Positions 1-12,896 of a stretch of DNA of 64,000 nt are shown piece after piece. The DNA comes from Antedon mediterranea (taxonomy: Eukaryota; Animalia; Echinodermata), in the NCBI RefSeq assembly GCF_964355755.1, contig NC_092674.1, forward strand, positions 11,346,001-11,410,000, in the 5' to 3' direction. The position numbers and the translations under genes were made by a program. The notes below the pieces were generated by a model. It did no database searches. It saw only the letters and a list, made by a program, of their open reading frames with translations, and was not told where the DNA came from. The first letter of the stretch is position 1. Each line of letters opens with the position of its first letter.

Positions 1-1589
1 ATTCTTCTATCTATCTATTCCACTAATTAATGTAAAAATTTATTATGTGGAATCCAATTACCAACATCCAAATAAGTTTTTGTTTACTCTCCTCACTTTA
101 TCATGGTTCTCCATTCACTACCTGTATGCCAGTCACCTTTGCAAATTTCTTTTTTTTTTGTACACAAAGAACTCACATGATCAGCTGAATTGAATTCACT
201 ATACCAGACAGATCAGAAAGCAATCAGGTAAAACTTAGGTTAAATGTATCAAAAATCTTTTGTAAAGTGACAACCAAATTGAAGTAACAGGTTTTGAATT
301 TGACGTCGTGCACTGACTGAATGTGTTAATGGCGCATCAGTTCACAGATTTACGAGTAGCAAACACGTCTTCCAGTAAATGCCCATAGGCTATTGGATGT
401 GGCGTTTGTAATCTTGTCACAACGGATTGATTAAAATCATGATTAAAAACAAAAATACATAAAAATGTCTAATGAGCATATTATAATTGGATATCGCATG
501 GGTTACTTGTTATTTTAATGATACACCTGCAAGCCTTTACAATTATAAAAGTCAATTAGCATTTGTAAAACAAAAATCAAACAGAAAATGACAATGAGTC
601 TGTAGAAATTTATTCTGAAAACATTTTCAGACTTGTGTATAGTATAGTATACTGCAAGATTTTTAATAGGAAATAGGAGGCAGCAGACAATAATTTAAGT
701 TTAAATAAGGTAAGGTAGTCTTCATTGACACCGTTCAAATGCAAACCTTTCAACTCTCCCAATAATCGAGTCATCCTCCCATTAATGTATTTTGTCGCCC
801 TCTATTGTTTGGTTAGAAGACTTGAACCTGTACTGATTTTATAGATGGTTTTCCGTTCAGAGACACTTGAGTTATCAGAATGAAATGAACTTCTTCTACA
901 CAAGCCAGATGTATACTCTGACTTAAAGCTTCAGTTTAAAGTTCTTATCTGAGAAGACTTGAACCTGTGTCAATTAATAGTTATGGTTTCTTGTGCACCT
1001 GCCTACCAATTGGCCAGTCAACTCATCAGAACTATGTTTGGCAGCAGAGCTCAGTAGAAGCGCATTTGCTAACAAAAAATTAGTATTATGTCATTCATCA
1101 AAGTTGACGTACTTAGTAGGTAGTGATAATAGATAATAATTGCCAATTTTTGGTATTGTTTTTTAAATTTTAATTGATGCTGCTTACTATAAGAACATAT
1201 CAATTTGATAACCTCTCTCTTGTACTTCTGCCCTTCATTGGTTACCTAACAAATTGAATTGATTCTTGCTTACAAGGCACGGCACAGCCTCCAACTAGCT
1301 ACCTATCTAAGCTTGTGCAGATTTACTTATGTCAGACTCCAAATACTACAGAGTTTTTATAATTTTGCTGTGGCAGCTGCAAAGCTGTGCAATTCCTACC
1401 ATTTTCAACAGACATTTATTTATTTATTCTTTCTTTTGACTGGATTGCATTTTCAGTTAAAGCCCCATTCCCTACGTTTTTTAGATCTAATTTAAGATCA
1501 CAAACTATATTTAATGTAAAAATAATACTATATGGTCCTATTGCGATAACTTTTTTCGTCTTTAAACGGTTAAAAATGTGAAAAATAAG

Positions 1590-1950
1590 CCGATTCTAAT
1601 AATTATAGCGGCCCGCTATAAATCCCAAAATGCATTGCGCGCGGATTGATATTTTTGTTTTTCACCTGTAATTCGCTCACTTTTCGATCGATCGTGAGGC
1701 CAAAACAAATGGAAGACTCCTAACTTTTCAGCGAAAATACCGGGTTTTCCCCAATTTGTATCAACGGAGTCTGGCAAAAATAGAAAGACAATTAATACAG
1801 CAACTATACAACGTCAGGCTAGGTATATAGGTCGCATACGATGTTCGTACGTTTACCGATGTTTACCAGCTAGGCCTACAAAACTAAGCCTAGCTAGGCT
1901 AGGCCTAAGACCGTCCACGAGAGGTCGATCGCCGCGAGCTACTTAGGTAG
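1590..1950. promoter_or_regulatory. CpG-rich promoter-like island followed by AGGCCTAG-rich tract
   Basis: Local CpG enrichment (gcggcccgc, tgcgcgcgg, cgatcgatcg) in AT-rich DNA and clustered (T)AGGCCTA motifs at about 1810-1910; no associated CDS identified. Confidence 0.3.
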
Positions 1951-4900
1951 TGCATTGTTTCTCACTTTTTATCATAATTTACCATAAAACGTACATTTAA
2001 GACAAGGAATGACATGGTTTAATGTTTTTAAAGTGATATATATGTATTATTTTCCAAAAAACGTCCAAAATTGCAGGGAAGGGGTCTTTAAACGCAGTAC
2101 TGCTTTCCAAAATGGTCCAGTTATAAGTTTAAAAGTAAATAAAAATTATAACATAAATACACAGTAGGCCTAATTTAAAACATATATACAGAACAGTTAA
2201 AAACAAATAAAATATAAAAAAAAAAAAAATGTAGGATCACTTGGATGACATAAGAGTTGCTATATTTTTGAGTTTATAAATATGTTTCCCAGTTACTTTT
2301 GTTCTAGTTTCAGTTGGTAACACATTGTGTTGTTTGAACTATTTTAAGACACAGTTGAAAACTTTTCTGACAAGCATTAAGATCTAACATTTTCCTGTCG
2401 TAACTTGAAAGCCTACCTAAGTTATATGCAATTGCAAAAATTAACTATTTTGTAATACATCCATCGAAGAAAAAGATAGAGGAAGAATTGGCAACAAATT
2501 GGCACCTTTCTTAACAGATCATGTTTAGAATTTTCAACCATCACTATCTGTCACGTTAGACAATGGTTTTTGGTTAAACATTTATATTTTTCTATTTATA
2601 ACTGTAAAAGTGAATAACTTTATTATAACTTCAAAATGGCCTATTCAAAGTCTGATTTTATTAATCTTTATTCTTCATGTTTTTGGAAAGAAAACTTAAT
2701 ACATCTTTAATACAGTACAAGGAATTCCTTTTTCTGATATTTGATTTGAAAGAAGGCTTAGTTTCTAAAAACATCTTGTGTCAGGCAAAAGTTTGAAGAA
2801 AATGAAATATAAATAAGTAAAAAGAAAAATTACAATATATAGCATAATTAGTGGTGACCTTGAACATGAAGTTGTAATGTAATTCTTATTATTATTAATG
2901 TCAATGACATTTACTAAAAGTGAATGATGTATTGAACCTAGTCATTAGATACGCTTAATTAGTATCAAGCTTTTGAACAAAACTACACGTAGAACAAGCT
3001 TCATAAGATTTCACATCGCATGATTTAGTATAGTAGTGAGGTTAAAGGGGTAAATTTTTTATTCTATTACACTACAGTGATCAGTACACTGATGAAATGG
3101 AACATTATATCATATTATATTGCCTGCTTATAGGTGAAATATAAGATTTGACATCCATCAGTGATTTTTAATGAATATATATTTTCCTGAAGCTAAAAGC
3201 TGAAAGAAATAAAAGTTCTGAGAACAAAGTTTCGGTAAAAATAAGAGTAATCATCAAATTAAAAAACAAACTAATTTAACTGGCTAAAAGTTTTACCAAA
3301 TGAAACAAGAATGATGAAAGAGCTAAATTGCTAAAAACATGTAAAAAGCCTGCAATGTAATCGAAGTATATTTAACAGTAATCTCAACTCCCTTTATTTT
3401 TGCCAAACATCATACCCAGGCCACCTACAACTAGTCTGTATGGAATACAATTTGATATGAACTATAGGAATTGCTATAAAACTCAATTTGAAAAAAATTT
3501 GACTCTCAGAAACAAGCTAAAAACATAAATTTACACATGGTATGTACACTACCGCTACTTTATAAAAATGAGAGTTTATCCGTCATATAAACCAATAATA
3601 ATATATTAATAAAGAACCATAAAGCATTGTTAGTAATCTCATAGGTTTACCACAGGTTGATAAAGGAAATAAAAGACGTTCACATCTATATAGTTAGTGG
3701 CTAATTAAGACCATAGCCTTATTTATTATTTTATTTATTCAACTTCTCACTAACACTGTTAGTGAAGGATCGGGACCAACAGGTGGTAAACACCTCTAAA
3801 ACGGTCCAGTCCCAATTTCACAGTTTCTGTGTGTGACAAAGGTTCAACGCTTACTCGCTCCATGGTTCTGGTGGTAGGACGATTCTTCTCTAAGGATTCT
3901 AAGGACTTTAAACCGTAGGTCTAGTGTACACAAAATGCATGAACATGATGTGAAACTTGTAGCATGTAGTGAAAAGCGCAACATATAGCCTACAGTGATT
4001 TCACTACAATGATTGGTGGAATATTATTGTATTATTGTACTGTAGTTGTACACAAAACGGTACTATATAACTGTAGATTTTTACTCATTACTAAAAAATT
4101 ATGTTTGTCGGCCTACTAACAAAATACTTCATTAGCACTGTACATGTGATGAATACGTTAAATGCTTAAAAACTTTATGTTTAATTCAGATACACTCTGT
4201 ATGTCATGGGTTAATAGGAAAGGCCTTTACAACGAACTTATGGATTTAATGGCCATCATATAACCATTAAAAGCTAGTCTCTCCAGCTGCATCACACTAT
4301 ATAACCATTCATTTTGCAAACAGATTATAAATTGCCTCATCTCCAAACATCTCTAGGTTTATTATCAACAATTTCTTTTAAATGTTACATAAATAATCAA
4401 TTAAATTATCAAATAAATTTTATGAGAATATATAAAAATGCTGTTCATAGATCATTGATCATCAAGATAATTATTGATCATTTATAAAATGATTCATTTT
4501 CAATGTTTTTTATTCATTATTTATATGAATGTATGAATGAATTGGAGGAATATTTCATGTTCTATTTGAACAGGGTGGAGTCATGAGGATGAAATTTAAT
4601 TATCCCAATGCAATGAACACAGTACAAAACATTCATTATTTGTTTTGTTTACTTCTGTTTTAAAGTAAACTTTTATTTTATTCAAGTAATACAGTAGTTG
4701 ATTCCATCTTTATTAATGTCGTACAAGGCTAGGCCATTCAAAAAGGCCGTGCTAAGATTTTGGTTTTTTTAAACTATTTATTTTGTCTTTTTCTGTGGAA
4801 TAATTGTTATTAAATTTGAAAAATGGCCTATTCAAGGTCTGATTTTAATAATTTTCTTTTTTCAAGTTTTTGGGGGACAACAAATCATTAATTAGGTTAA

Positions 4901-5409
4901 TCTCAGCACAATTTTAATATATTTTATTCTGGATTAGAATGGCGATGGGTAATTCTATTCGGTAGATTCCAATTTGTTTTCTCGGCCACTTGTATCAGGT
5001 TTTTAGAACATAAACCTCTTGGTCTAATTCTTATCTTAAGAGACATTAGAAAAGTGCAGATTACACTGGGAATAAATTACAAACTTATTCTTTGGCCTGA
5101 TTGATTGCGATAAGTTTATCCTCAAATCCATGTCTTTATCAATGTTGAAGATATTGAATTTAGTCTAGTAAACATACTGATAGTATGATTTAACTAAACC
5201 TTACTAGTACAGTCAGTAATATTATCTCATGCAGTAGATTACCCTTAAATCGTGAGGCGTCGTCGTCGTGGCTTCCTTTTGTACTGTTTATTATAGTAGG
5301 CACACTTTTCACAAAAGGATAAGAAAACACAATAAACGAACCTGGATTGAAATTGAAAAAAAAAAAAACTTCTTAGATTATGTAATTGTTCGCTATGAAA
5401 TATTAGATT

Positions 5410-5530
5410 TCTCAATCTGGATCTCAATGGTGATACAAAATTACATAAACAAAAAGCTAAATCAAAATGATAAAATAAAACAGCCACAACAAGTTGAAGA
5501 GCTTTCGGGCAACACCATTCCTTCTTCATT
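5410..5530 (-). repeat. Diverged fragment of a hammerhead-bearing repeat (same family as 60690-60851)
   Basis: Shares ctggatctcaatgg..gatacaaaa..aaaagctaaatcaaaa..cagcca..gagctttcgggcaacac with 60740-60840; the minus strand reads ATGAAGAAGGAATGGTGTTGCCCGAAAGCTC, a degenerate hammerhead core. Confidence 0.6.
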
Positions 5531-5796
5531 ATACAAATTAATATTTTCATGAAGACTGGCCTTGATTTAATGATGTATTGTACCCCAAGACATAAAAAAC
5601 AAGAGCAATCAGATTTTCCTGTGCTGATGACTTCCAAAATTACAAATGATTAAGCCTCGTTTTCAAATTTATATTGTTTAAAATACCGAATCAAGGTGTA
5701 GTATAGTAGTAAACCAAAGAATGTAATATTTATCATTAAAATTGTGTAATTTGCAACAACAAAAAACAATTTAATCATCATTGCACAAACTAAAAG

Positions 5797-7095
5797 CGAT
5801 CCATAATTGGAATTCTGGTTTAGTATTGATTGGAGTCTTGTTGCAGGTATTATACCTTCCATAGGGTGGTGGTAAATGCGGAAAAGATCCATCTTGTAGC
5901 TTTGACGTATGACCTAAAATTAGTAAAACACTAAAAATGGTCCATAATTTGAATCCTGGTTCTGTATTGATTGGAGTCTTGTTGTAGATATTATACCTTT
6001 CATAGGGTGGTGGTAAATGTGGAAAAGATCCATCTTGTAGCTTTGATGTATGACCTAAATTTGTAAAACACTAAAAAGTGGTCCATAATTGGAATCCTGG
6101 TTCTGTATTGATTGGAGTCTTGTTGTAGATATTATACCTTTCATAGGGTGGTGGTAAATGTGGAAAAGATTCATCTTGTAGCTTTGACGTATGACCTAAA
6201 TTTGTAAAACACTAAAAAGTGGTCCATAATTGGAATCCTGGTTCTGTATTGATTGGAGTCTTGTTGTAGATATTATATCTTTCATAGGGTGGTGGTAAAT
6301 GTGGAAAAGATCCATCTTGTAGCTTTGATGTATGACCTAAATTTGTAAAACACTAAAAAGTGGTCCATAATTGGAATCCTGGTTCTGTATTGATTGGAGT
6401 CTTGTTGTAGATATTATACCTTTCATAGGGTGGTGGTAAATGTGGAAAAGATCCATCTTGTAGCTTTGACGTATGACCTAAATTTGTAAAACACTAAAAA
6501 GTGGTCCATAATTGGAATGCTGGTTCTATATTGATTGGAGTCTTGTTGTAGATATTATACCTTTCATAGGGTGGTGGTAAATGTGGAAAAGATCCATCTT
6601 GTAGCTTTGACGTATGACCTAAATTTGTAAAACACTAAAAAGTGCTCCAGAATTGGAATCCTGGTTCTGTATTGATTGGAGTCTTGTTGTAGATATTATA
6701 TCTTTCATAGGGTGGTGGTAAATGTGGAAAAGATCCATCTTGTAGCTTTGATGTATGACCTAAATTTGTAAAACACTAAAAAGTGGTCCATAATTGGAAT
6801 CCTGGTTCTGTATTGATTGGAGTCTTGTTGTAGATATTATACCTTTCATAGGGTGGTGGTAAATGTGGAAAAGATCCATCTTGTAGCTTTGACGTATGAC
6901 CTAAATTTGTAAAACACTAAAAAGTGGTCCATAATTGGAATGCTGGTTCTATATTGATTGGAGTCTTGTTGTAGATATTATACCTTTCATAGGGTGGTGG
7001 TAAATGTGGAAAAGATCCATCTTGTAGCTTTGACGTATGACCTAAATTTGTAAAACACTAAAAAGTGCTCCAGAATTGGAATCCTTTGTCTGTAT
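5797..7095. repeat. 141-bp minisatellite, about 9 copies
   Basis: Unit marker gtccataattgg/ctccagaattgg recurs at 6081, 6222, 6363, 6504, 6645, 6786, 6927 and 7068 (period 141), with more diverged copies at about 5800 and 5940. Confidence 0.97.
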
Positions 7096-7949
7096 TGCCT
7101 CCAGAAGTTAATGGAGTCTTCTGTGACCATATCTATACTGTGGTTTAGATTTGGTAAAGATCTTTCTTTTAGTTTGATGTTATACTCAGCTGCTAAAACA
7201 CACACAGACACTTGCAAACAAATATCACACAAACAATATAACCTCCTTGGTGGAGATAATAAAGATGATCATGATAATATAGTAGTTTTTATAAAAAGGA
7301 AAAATAAACTGTAAAATTTAACCAAAAACCTGAGAGACAATTGGCTTCTAGTTAATTAAATAACTTTTTAGTCAAAGTAAATAACTATAGTATAATATAA
7401 TGTGACATTTAAAAAAAATTCTTTAAAGAACAAAATTATCTTTAAAATTCTTTTTAAAGGGAACAAAGTGGAACTTAATTATTCTAGATTAGTGAGACAC
7501 CACAACACTACCATGATTCAAATAATCTTTAATTAAGATATAGATAGTTGTAGCAGTACGTAATTCTAGTTTAATCGATGTTTTTTAAATCTACATCAGT
7601 CCTTATCAAAATGATGAAAGAAAACCGCTACATATTATTTAAGCTAACTAAAAATTGATGACAATACAGATTTTCAGAAAGGATTTGATTCAAAGCCAAT
7701 TTGTACTATACTAATCATGGGTTCTGAAAAAACTGTATTGTTTTCAGAATTTTACTAATTTTATTTTAATTTATAAACTAAACCAATGTTTATTAAACTT
7801 GAATCTGACGAGCAGAGTTCTCACGTATCCGCACAGTATAGGATATCACGACATACCCAGTAGTCCTTTGAGTGAACAGCGCCACCTACCGTTTCAAAAT
7901 TTGTTATCCATTTTTTTGTCAAAATGAATAACTATTGAGTACAAGTTAT

Positions 7950-10080
7950 TATATGAGAAAATTATAAACATAATGGTTTTTAGTTTAAATTTAATGAGAA
8001 GTTATTTATTTAGATATAACACTTGGGTTCATATACTTGGTTATGGTAGGGGAATATAAATTACAATGTTTACATTTAGTGACTAGGGGTTTTTGGGGTA
8101 AAAAACGTTAATAAGTAAATATACTGTAGTTTTTACTAGATTATTTGTAGGGTGGTTCAGGAAAGAGGTTTAAAAAGTTAAGTTTAGAAATACATAGGAA
8201 ATAAATTTTAAAATGGCCTAATTATAATGTTTAAATCAGATTATGTAGGGTTAGGTTTAGTTAAAAAAGTTTGAGGTAGTTAGTATACTAATATTTTTGT
8301 ATAGGAATGGTTAAAACATTTATTTCTTAAATATGACATGTAAGGAATGATTAAAATTGTTTGTTTTTTTTATAATTTGTGGGAAATATTTTATATTAAA
8401 GAAAGACTTAAACACAAGTTAATGTTTATATAATTAGGGATTTGATTTTAGGAATGATTAATTAGTGTTGAAAAGGAATGCGTAGGACAGAATCTTAGTT
8501 AAAATTTAAAATGTGATTGTAGTGATCAATAAAAATAGTAAATTAATGTCATTTAATATTGAGTGTTTATTCAATACTTTGTCTATAGTACAAAACATTT
8601 TTAATAGAAAAAATATAACTCAAAATGAATAAAGCTATAGAGTGTACTATTATGAAACTGTATAATATAATCTATTTTTAAATGTAAAAATGTCTACAAA
8701 AAATATTTAAAAAACAGAAAATTGTAGTAAACAGATAAACGATATTCAGTATAATTTTTAAAGATATTAAACCTTTAACTTAATACGTGTGATATGCTGT
8801 AAGGTAGTTATGTAATCTTTTACTTGTGCAACATATTTGTTTTGTATTTGTTGTAAGTTTTTGTGGTTAAATTGTTGGTTCTGTTTTATCAGTTGTTTTA
8901 TCAAACATTGTTTTAATAAAAAAGGTTTGCTTATTATAATTATTACTGGTGACCTTTTTCTTTGGATTGTGTTTAAATTGTATCATACTGTATGTTTATT
9001 AATGAATTTAAGACTGTATCCTATCTCCTTTAATCCTAATGAAAAAAGGGTGGTAATGTGTTGAAATTCTTGCAAGATAGTAGATAGTAGATTGTATCAG
9101 TGTGATTCAGTTTTGATGATACTTTTAAATATTTCGGGGTTATGATTGGATGTTTTATAGATGTATGTATATTTTTGGTATGGTTTTTGATATATTGAGT
9201 AGTGTATTTTGTTTGTTGAAAGTGTTGTGTAGTTGATGGAAATGTGTGTGTCCAAATATATCATATTTGTGGTATTGAAAGTAAAGTTAAGTGGAATATT
9301 GTGTGGGTATATGTTGGAGATGGATTTAATGAGATTAGGAGAACTCATTTGAAGGTTTTTAATAAGTGCGTCTATGTACCGGGTGAATAAGAAGTTTGAA
9401 GGGTTAAATTCTTTTATTGGTGTCTTTGTACTTCTTAGTACTATCTTTTGTTTTTTCCTGTAATCTTTGGTATTCTTCTTTTATAGCATAGTTGATTTCT
9501 TCAAGTGCGTTGTTGTTGACGTTGGTAATTTCTCCTGTGTTAACGTCGATATTATAATTTTTATATTAACAAGTTTGTTGTCTACCATTCTGAACTGTAC
9601 ATTATTCCTGTTATTAAAAATAATTGTAGGACCGTTTGCAGCTTAAAATTTCCTTGTTGAAAGGATTCTTTTTTGTCATGGTGTATTCTTTATTCCATTC
9701 GTTGATTGACGCGATTTCGTTTATTTTGAAGTTAGAATGTATACCATGTTCTGTAAAGAATTTAGATTGTTGTTATTTATAAATGCAATGTATGTTGTGT
9801 TTAGTTGAAAAAAAATTTTTTTTTTCATTTAAATAAATTTTTAATATTAAATAAAAAATAAATTTATACAGATATCGTTCTTAAATAATGGATAGTAAAT
9901 AATGTATATGGTAGATAAGAAAGGAAAAAAGATATGTAAATTTTGATAGATTTAGTGTGTGGGGTCAGGTTATAATATAGGTGTATATAGTTTTTGTAGG
10001 CTAGTAAATTCATAATGAATTAATATTTTATATATGTATTTCGCCTTATATGGAATAAGCTATCGTTACTATCTTTCTGG
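7950..10080 (-). mobile_element. Highly decayed Penelope-like retroelement
   Basis: Minus-strand fragments: IHYEFTSL (motif A-like, about 10020), FLFTRYIDA (RYIDD motif, about 9385), IYLDTHISIN..IYQKPYQKYTYIYKTSNHNPEIFKSIIKTES (PLE thumb, ORF 9097-9348), LKEIGYS, LFPEPP linker (about 8160), CKHC and IITCT remnants; strong strand-asymmetric base composition. Confidence 0.75.
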
Positions 10081-11099
10081 TCTTGTTTTTAAACTCATTA
10101 TTACTTGTTGTCTGAAATAAGTAGTGTACTAACCGCTTGCTCCAGAAAGTCCATATGTGCGGCACTCATATTCATAATCACCAAAAGCGAAAATCTCTAT
10201 TTTCTTTCCACTGAAAATATAAAAGTACAATATAAAAGTACAATATTTATTTATTTTAAAGATATGCTTTAAGTTTAAAACTCCCTGTTTTTGACGTGTG
10301 TATAAAAAAGTGATTTAGTTTAGTAAGGTAACATCTTGAATCATTCACTTACTTCCACACCATCTTTTTAAGTTCTTCAACTTGTTGCCGAATCCTTTCC
10401 ATTCCTGTTTGCAAATTATATTTTCCTCCGATAACAAATGGTAACCGTGTTCTGTAGTGCATTTGGTCGTTCGACATTTGCAATTTGCAATATAAACTTG
10501 AATGTGCCAACCCCTTTGTACCCTCTAAGCTTTATCCAGATTTTATCTTCCGGAATCAACCAATCGTGCCATGTTAGCATGTTAAGACTGAAAGGAAATA
10601 CATTTTCTTGTTTAGATGACTTGTTTTCTCTATTTTGGGAACGCTAAGATTATAAATACAACAATAAATATCAAATAATTATTGTCACCTTTCTTGTTTG
10701 TCTAACAGTTGACAAACCTTTCCTTTTAGGCTTCTAACAAATCCCAGTGGGACATCCGTCACCATCATAGCATTGGTTCTTTCAAGTCGTCTTAAAAATT
10801 GGTCAGCTCATGGCGCTGTTTCATCCTCAACAGCGTCCTCTTCCGCTCCACTGATTATCAACCTAAGTTGTTTAATCTGTAAGATTAACATATTATTTAA
10901 ACACAATTTATTCAATTTATCTTGGGTTCACTGGTTACAAACTATAACTATATAAAATTATTTTATCTAAACAAAAATGTTACAAATTGATCTTCTTCTT
11001 TTGGTCTTATTCGATGCCACATTTGATGGCACTCGAACATTGGGAATTTGTAAATAATTGACAAGACAAAATAATAATAATAAATACTATTCAAAATAT

Positions 11100-11950
11100 A
11101 TTATTGAAAATGTTTATCTATATATAAATTTACGTAAGGGCAAAATTCGGTAAATCGCGCCTTACTTTTAGAATTTTTACTCGATGGTATGTAAAGTTGG
11201 TTCGTACTTTCGGTACTGATTTTAACCACCTGATGTAACCCTGTTTACTAATTAAATTGAGTTAGATAATTAGTTATTGACGATTAAAACGAATTTAGGT
11301 TCAACGATTTGCCCCAGATAGGGGTGTTTTCCGATCGTGGTAGGCCTATACACTGTCTAATGGATGTCCGTCTTGAAAAATACCCGCCACAAAAATGCGA
11401 GGAGGCTTCGCATTTTCCTATCTCCTCCTATGATAATTGTTTTTAATAGCTGAAAACCGGTTGAACAGCTCGAGTACAGTATCATAATGTTGAAGACAGG
11501 CCGATTTTCTTAAAAAAATACTATTTTGATAGATTTAATATACGTTTATACAAATGTATTGATTTGCGATGAATGGAACATTCCAATCTCTGTGTCGTTC
11601 CACAAGTGTCTATTCCCTCAGGCGTCGTAAAGGAAAGTACTGTATACTCATAACAGAAATTCGATCCATTTTTTTTTTCAATCTGTGCTGCAGAGGTTGG
11701 ATACAATTTTTTTTAAACGGATAATGAGCTTTTTCAGTCGCCGTAATTTAATATTTATTACCGATTAAATCGAATTTATGATTTGCCCCGAATAGAGGTG
11801 GTTTTCATAAATTGTTTAACATTATATATAAACATACGTCGTAGTGTATCGTTACATGTACTGTACTATTTCAATCGACTACGACCGTGATAGTTTCAAC
11901 AAAGTATTACATCGCAATGTTTTACTGTGTTTAGTGGTATATTATTTGTA
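11100..11950. repeat. Dispersed non-coding repeat with a second, inverted copy at about 57110-58060
   Basis: tttacgtaagggcaaaattc..ttggttcgtactttcggtactgattttaaccac..gttgaagacaggccgattt and tactatttcaatcgactac match the reverse complement of 57640-58050 and 57115-57240. Confidence 0.85.
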
Positions 11951-12096
11951 AAACATGTTAATATTTCATTACAAAATAAAGAATATATTTAAAAATTGAC
12001 ATTCTAACTGACACAAGTTACAGCAACAGACAAATAACATTGCACAAATAGATATCTGGCAGTGCAGATATAGACTGATATGGCACATCAATCAAC

Positions 12097-12121
12097 CAGG
12101 GAGGTATAAGATACCTCCCTG
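12097..12121. mobile_element. 25-bp palindromic P-superfamily-like footprint inside the RING exon
   Basis: CAGGGAGGTATAAGATACCTCCCTG flanked by aatcaac/aaccaac (7-bp duplication with 1 mismatch). Confidence 0.65.
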
Positions 12122-12896
12122 AACCAACTAAACAAGAAGGACAAGTCATAACACTAACATTGACAAAAAAGAGCTTAACACACATGTTACAAGCAACATG
12201 TTGACAAGGTAACACTACAGGACATGAACATATAACACATGAATGGACTCACAGAACCAATGATGCTGTAAGAATTGGAAATGTTGTCAATTGATGAGAA
12301 ATGTGTGCCCATTGATCTATGTATGTGCCATCCTTCTCTTGCACTCCGGAGCCCCTAGTCCACTCTTAATTTTCTTTGGTCTTCCACCTTTGAAAACAAA
12401 CAAGAAAATATTATTAATAATGATCATCTGGTAAGTTAAATGTTATTTTTGTTTCTTTCTTTATGTCGAGGACACCTTTGGAAACAAGCTTATAGGGTTA
12501 TCCTCTCATCTTGTGTTATGTATATATTTGTATGTGATAAAGAGCAACAAATAAATAAATGAATAAAAACCTTTTTTAAACTCATCCTTGCATATCTCGC
12601 AATTTTCAGTGCGTTTGTTTGGAAGCCATGATTTAAGTGGAGCAGTTTTTTTCTGTGATACATTCTTCTTTCGGGTACGGCTTAACGATCCTTAAGGATC
12701 AAAACAAGCAGGATTTGTTTGATATTTAGTCTCTGATTTCAGGTGATATGTTTTTTAAGTGTTCCTTTAATGCTTCCTCGAAAGATTCACTTTCTTCAAT
12801 GTTCTGTATATTTGGAGGTAGTTCGTTCCAGTCCCTAGTTGTTCTCGTCATATATGAGAACTTGTACGTATCAGTGCGTGTTTGGTGTTGGATAAA

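Noticed and set aside
80-1250. Exon-like minus-strand segments (about 85-145, 720-1068, 1212-1246)
   Set aside because: Contain stops in the plausible frames and no recognisable domain; cannot support a gene model
5797-7095. CRISPR-like array
   Set aside because: Whole units repeat with no unique spacers; eukaryotic context and no cas genes
7060-7190. EDSINFWRQYRQRIPIL as a hAT dimerisation motif
   Set aside because: Too short, partly a diverged minisatellite unit, and no other hAT motifs nearby
1-10100. RAG2-like partner convergent with the RAG1-like gene
   Set aside because: No kelch or PHD-like translation found on the plus strand by eye; absence is not proven
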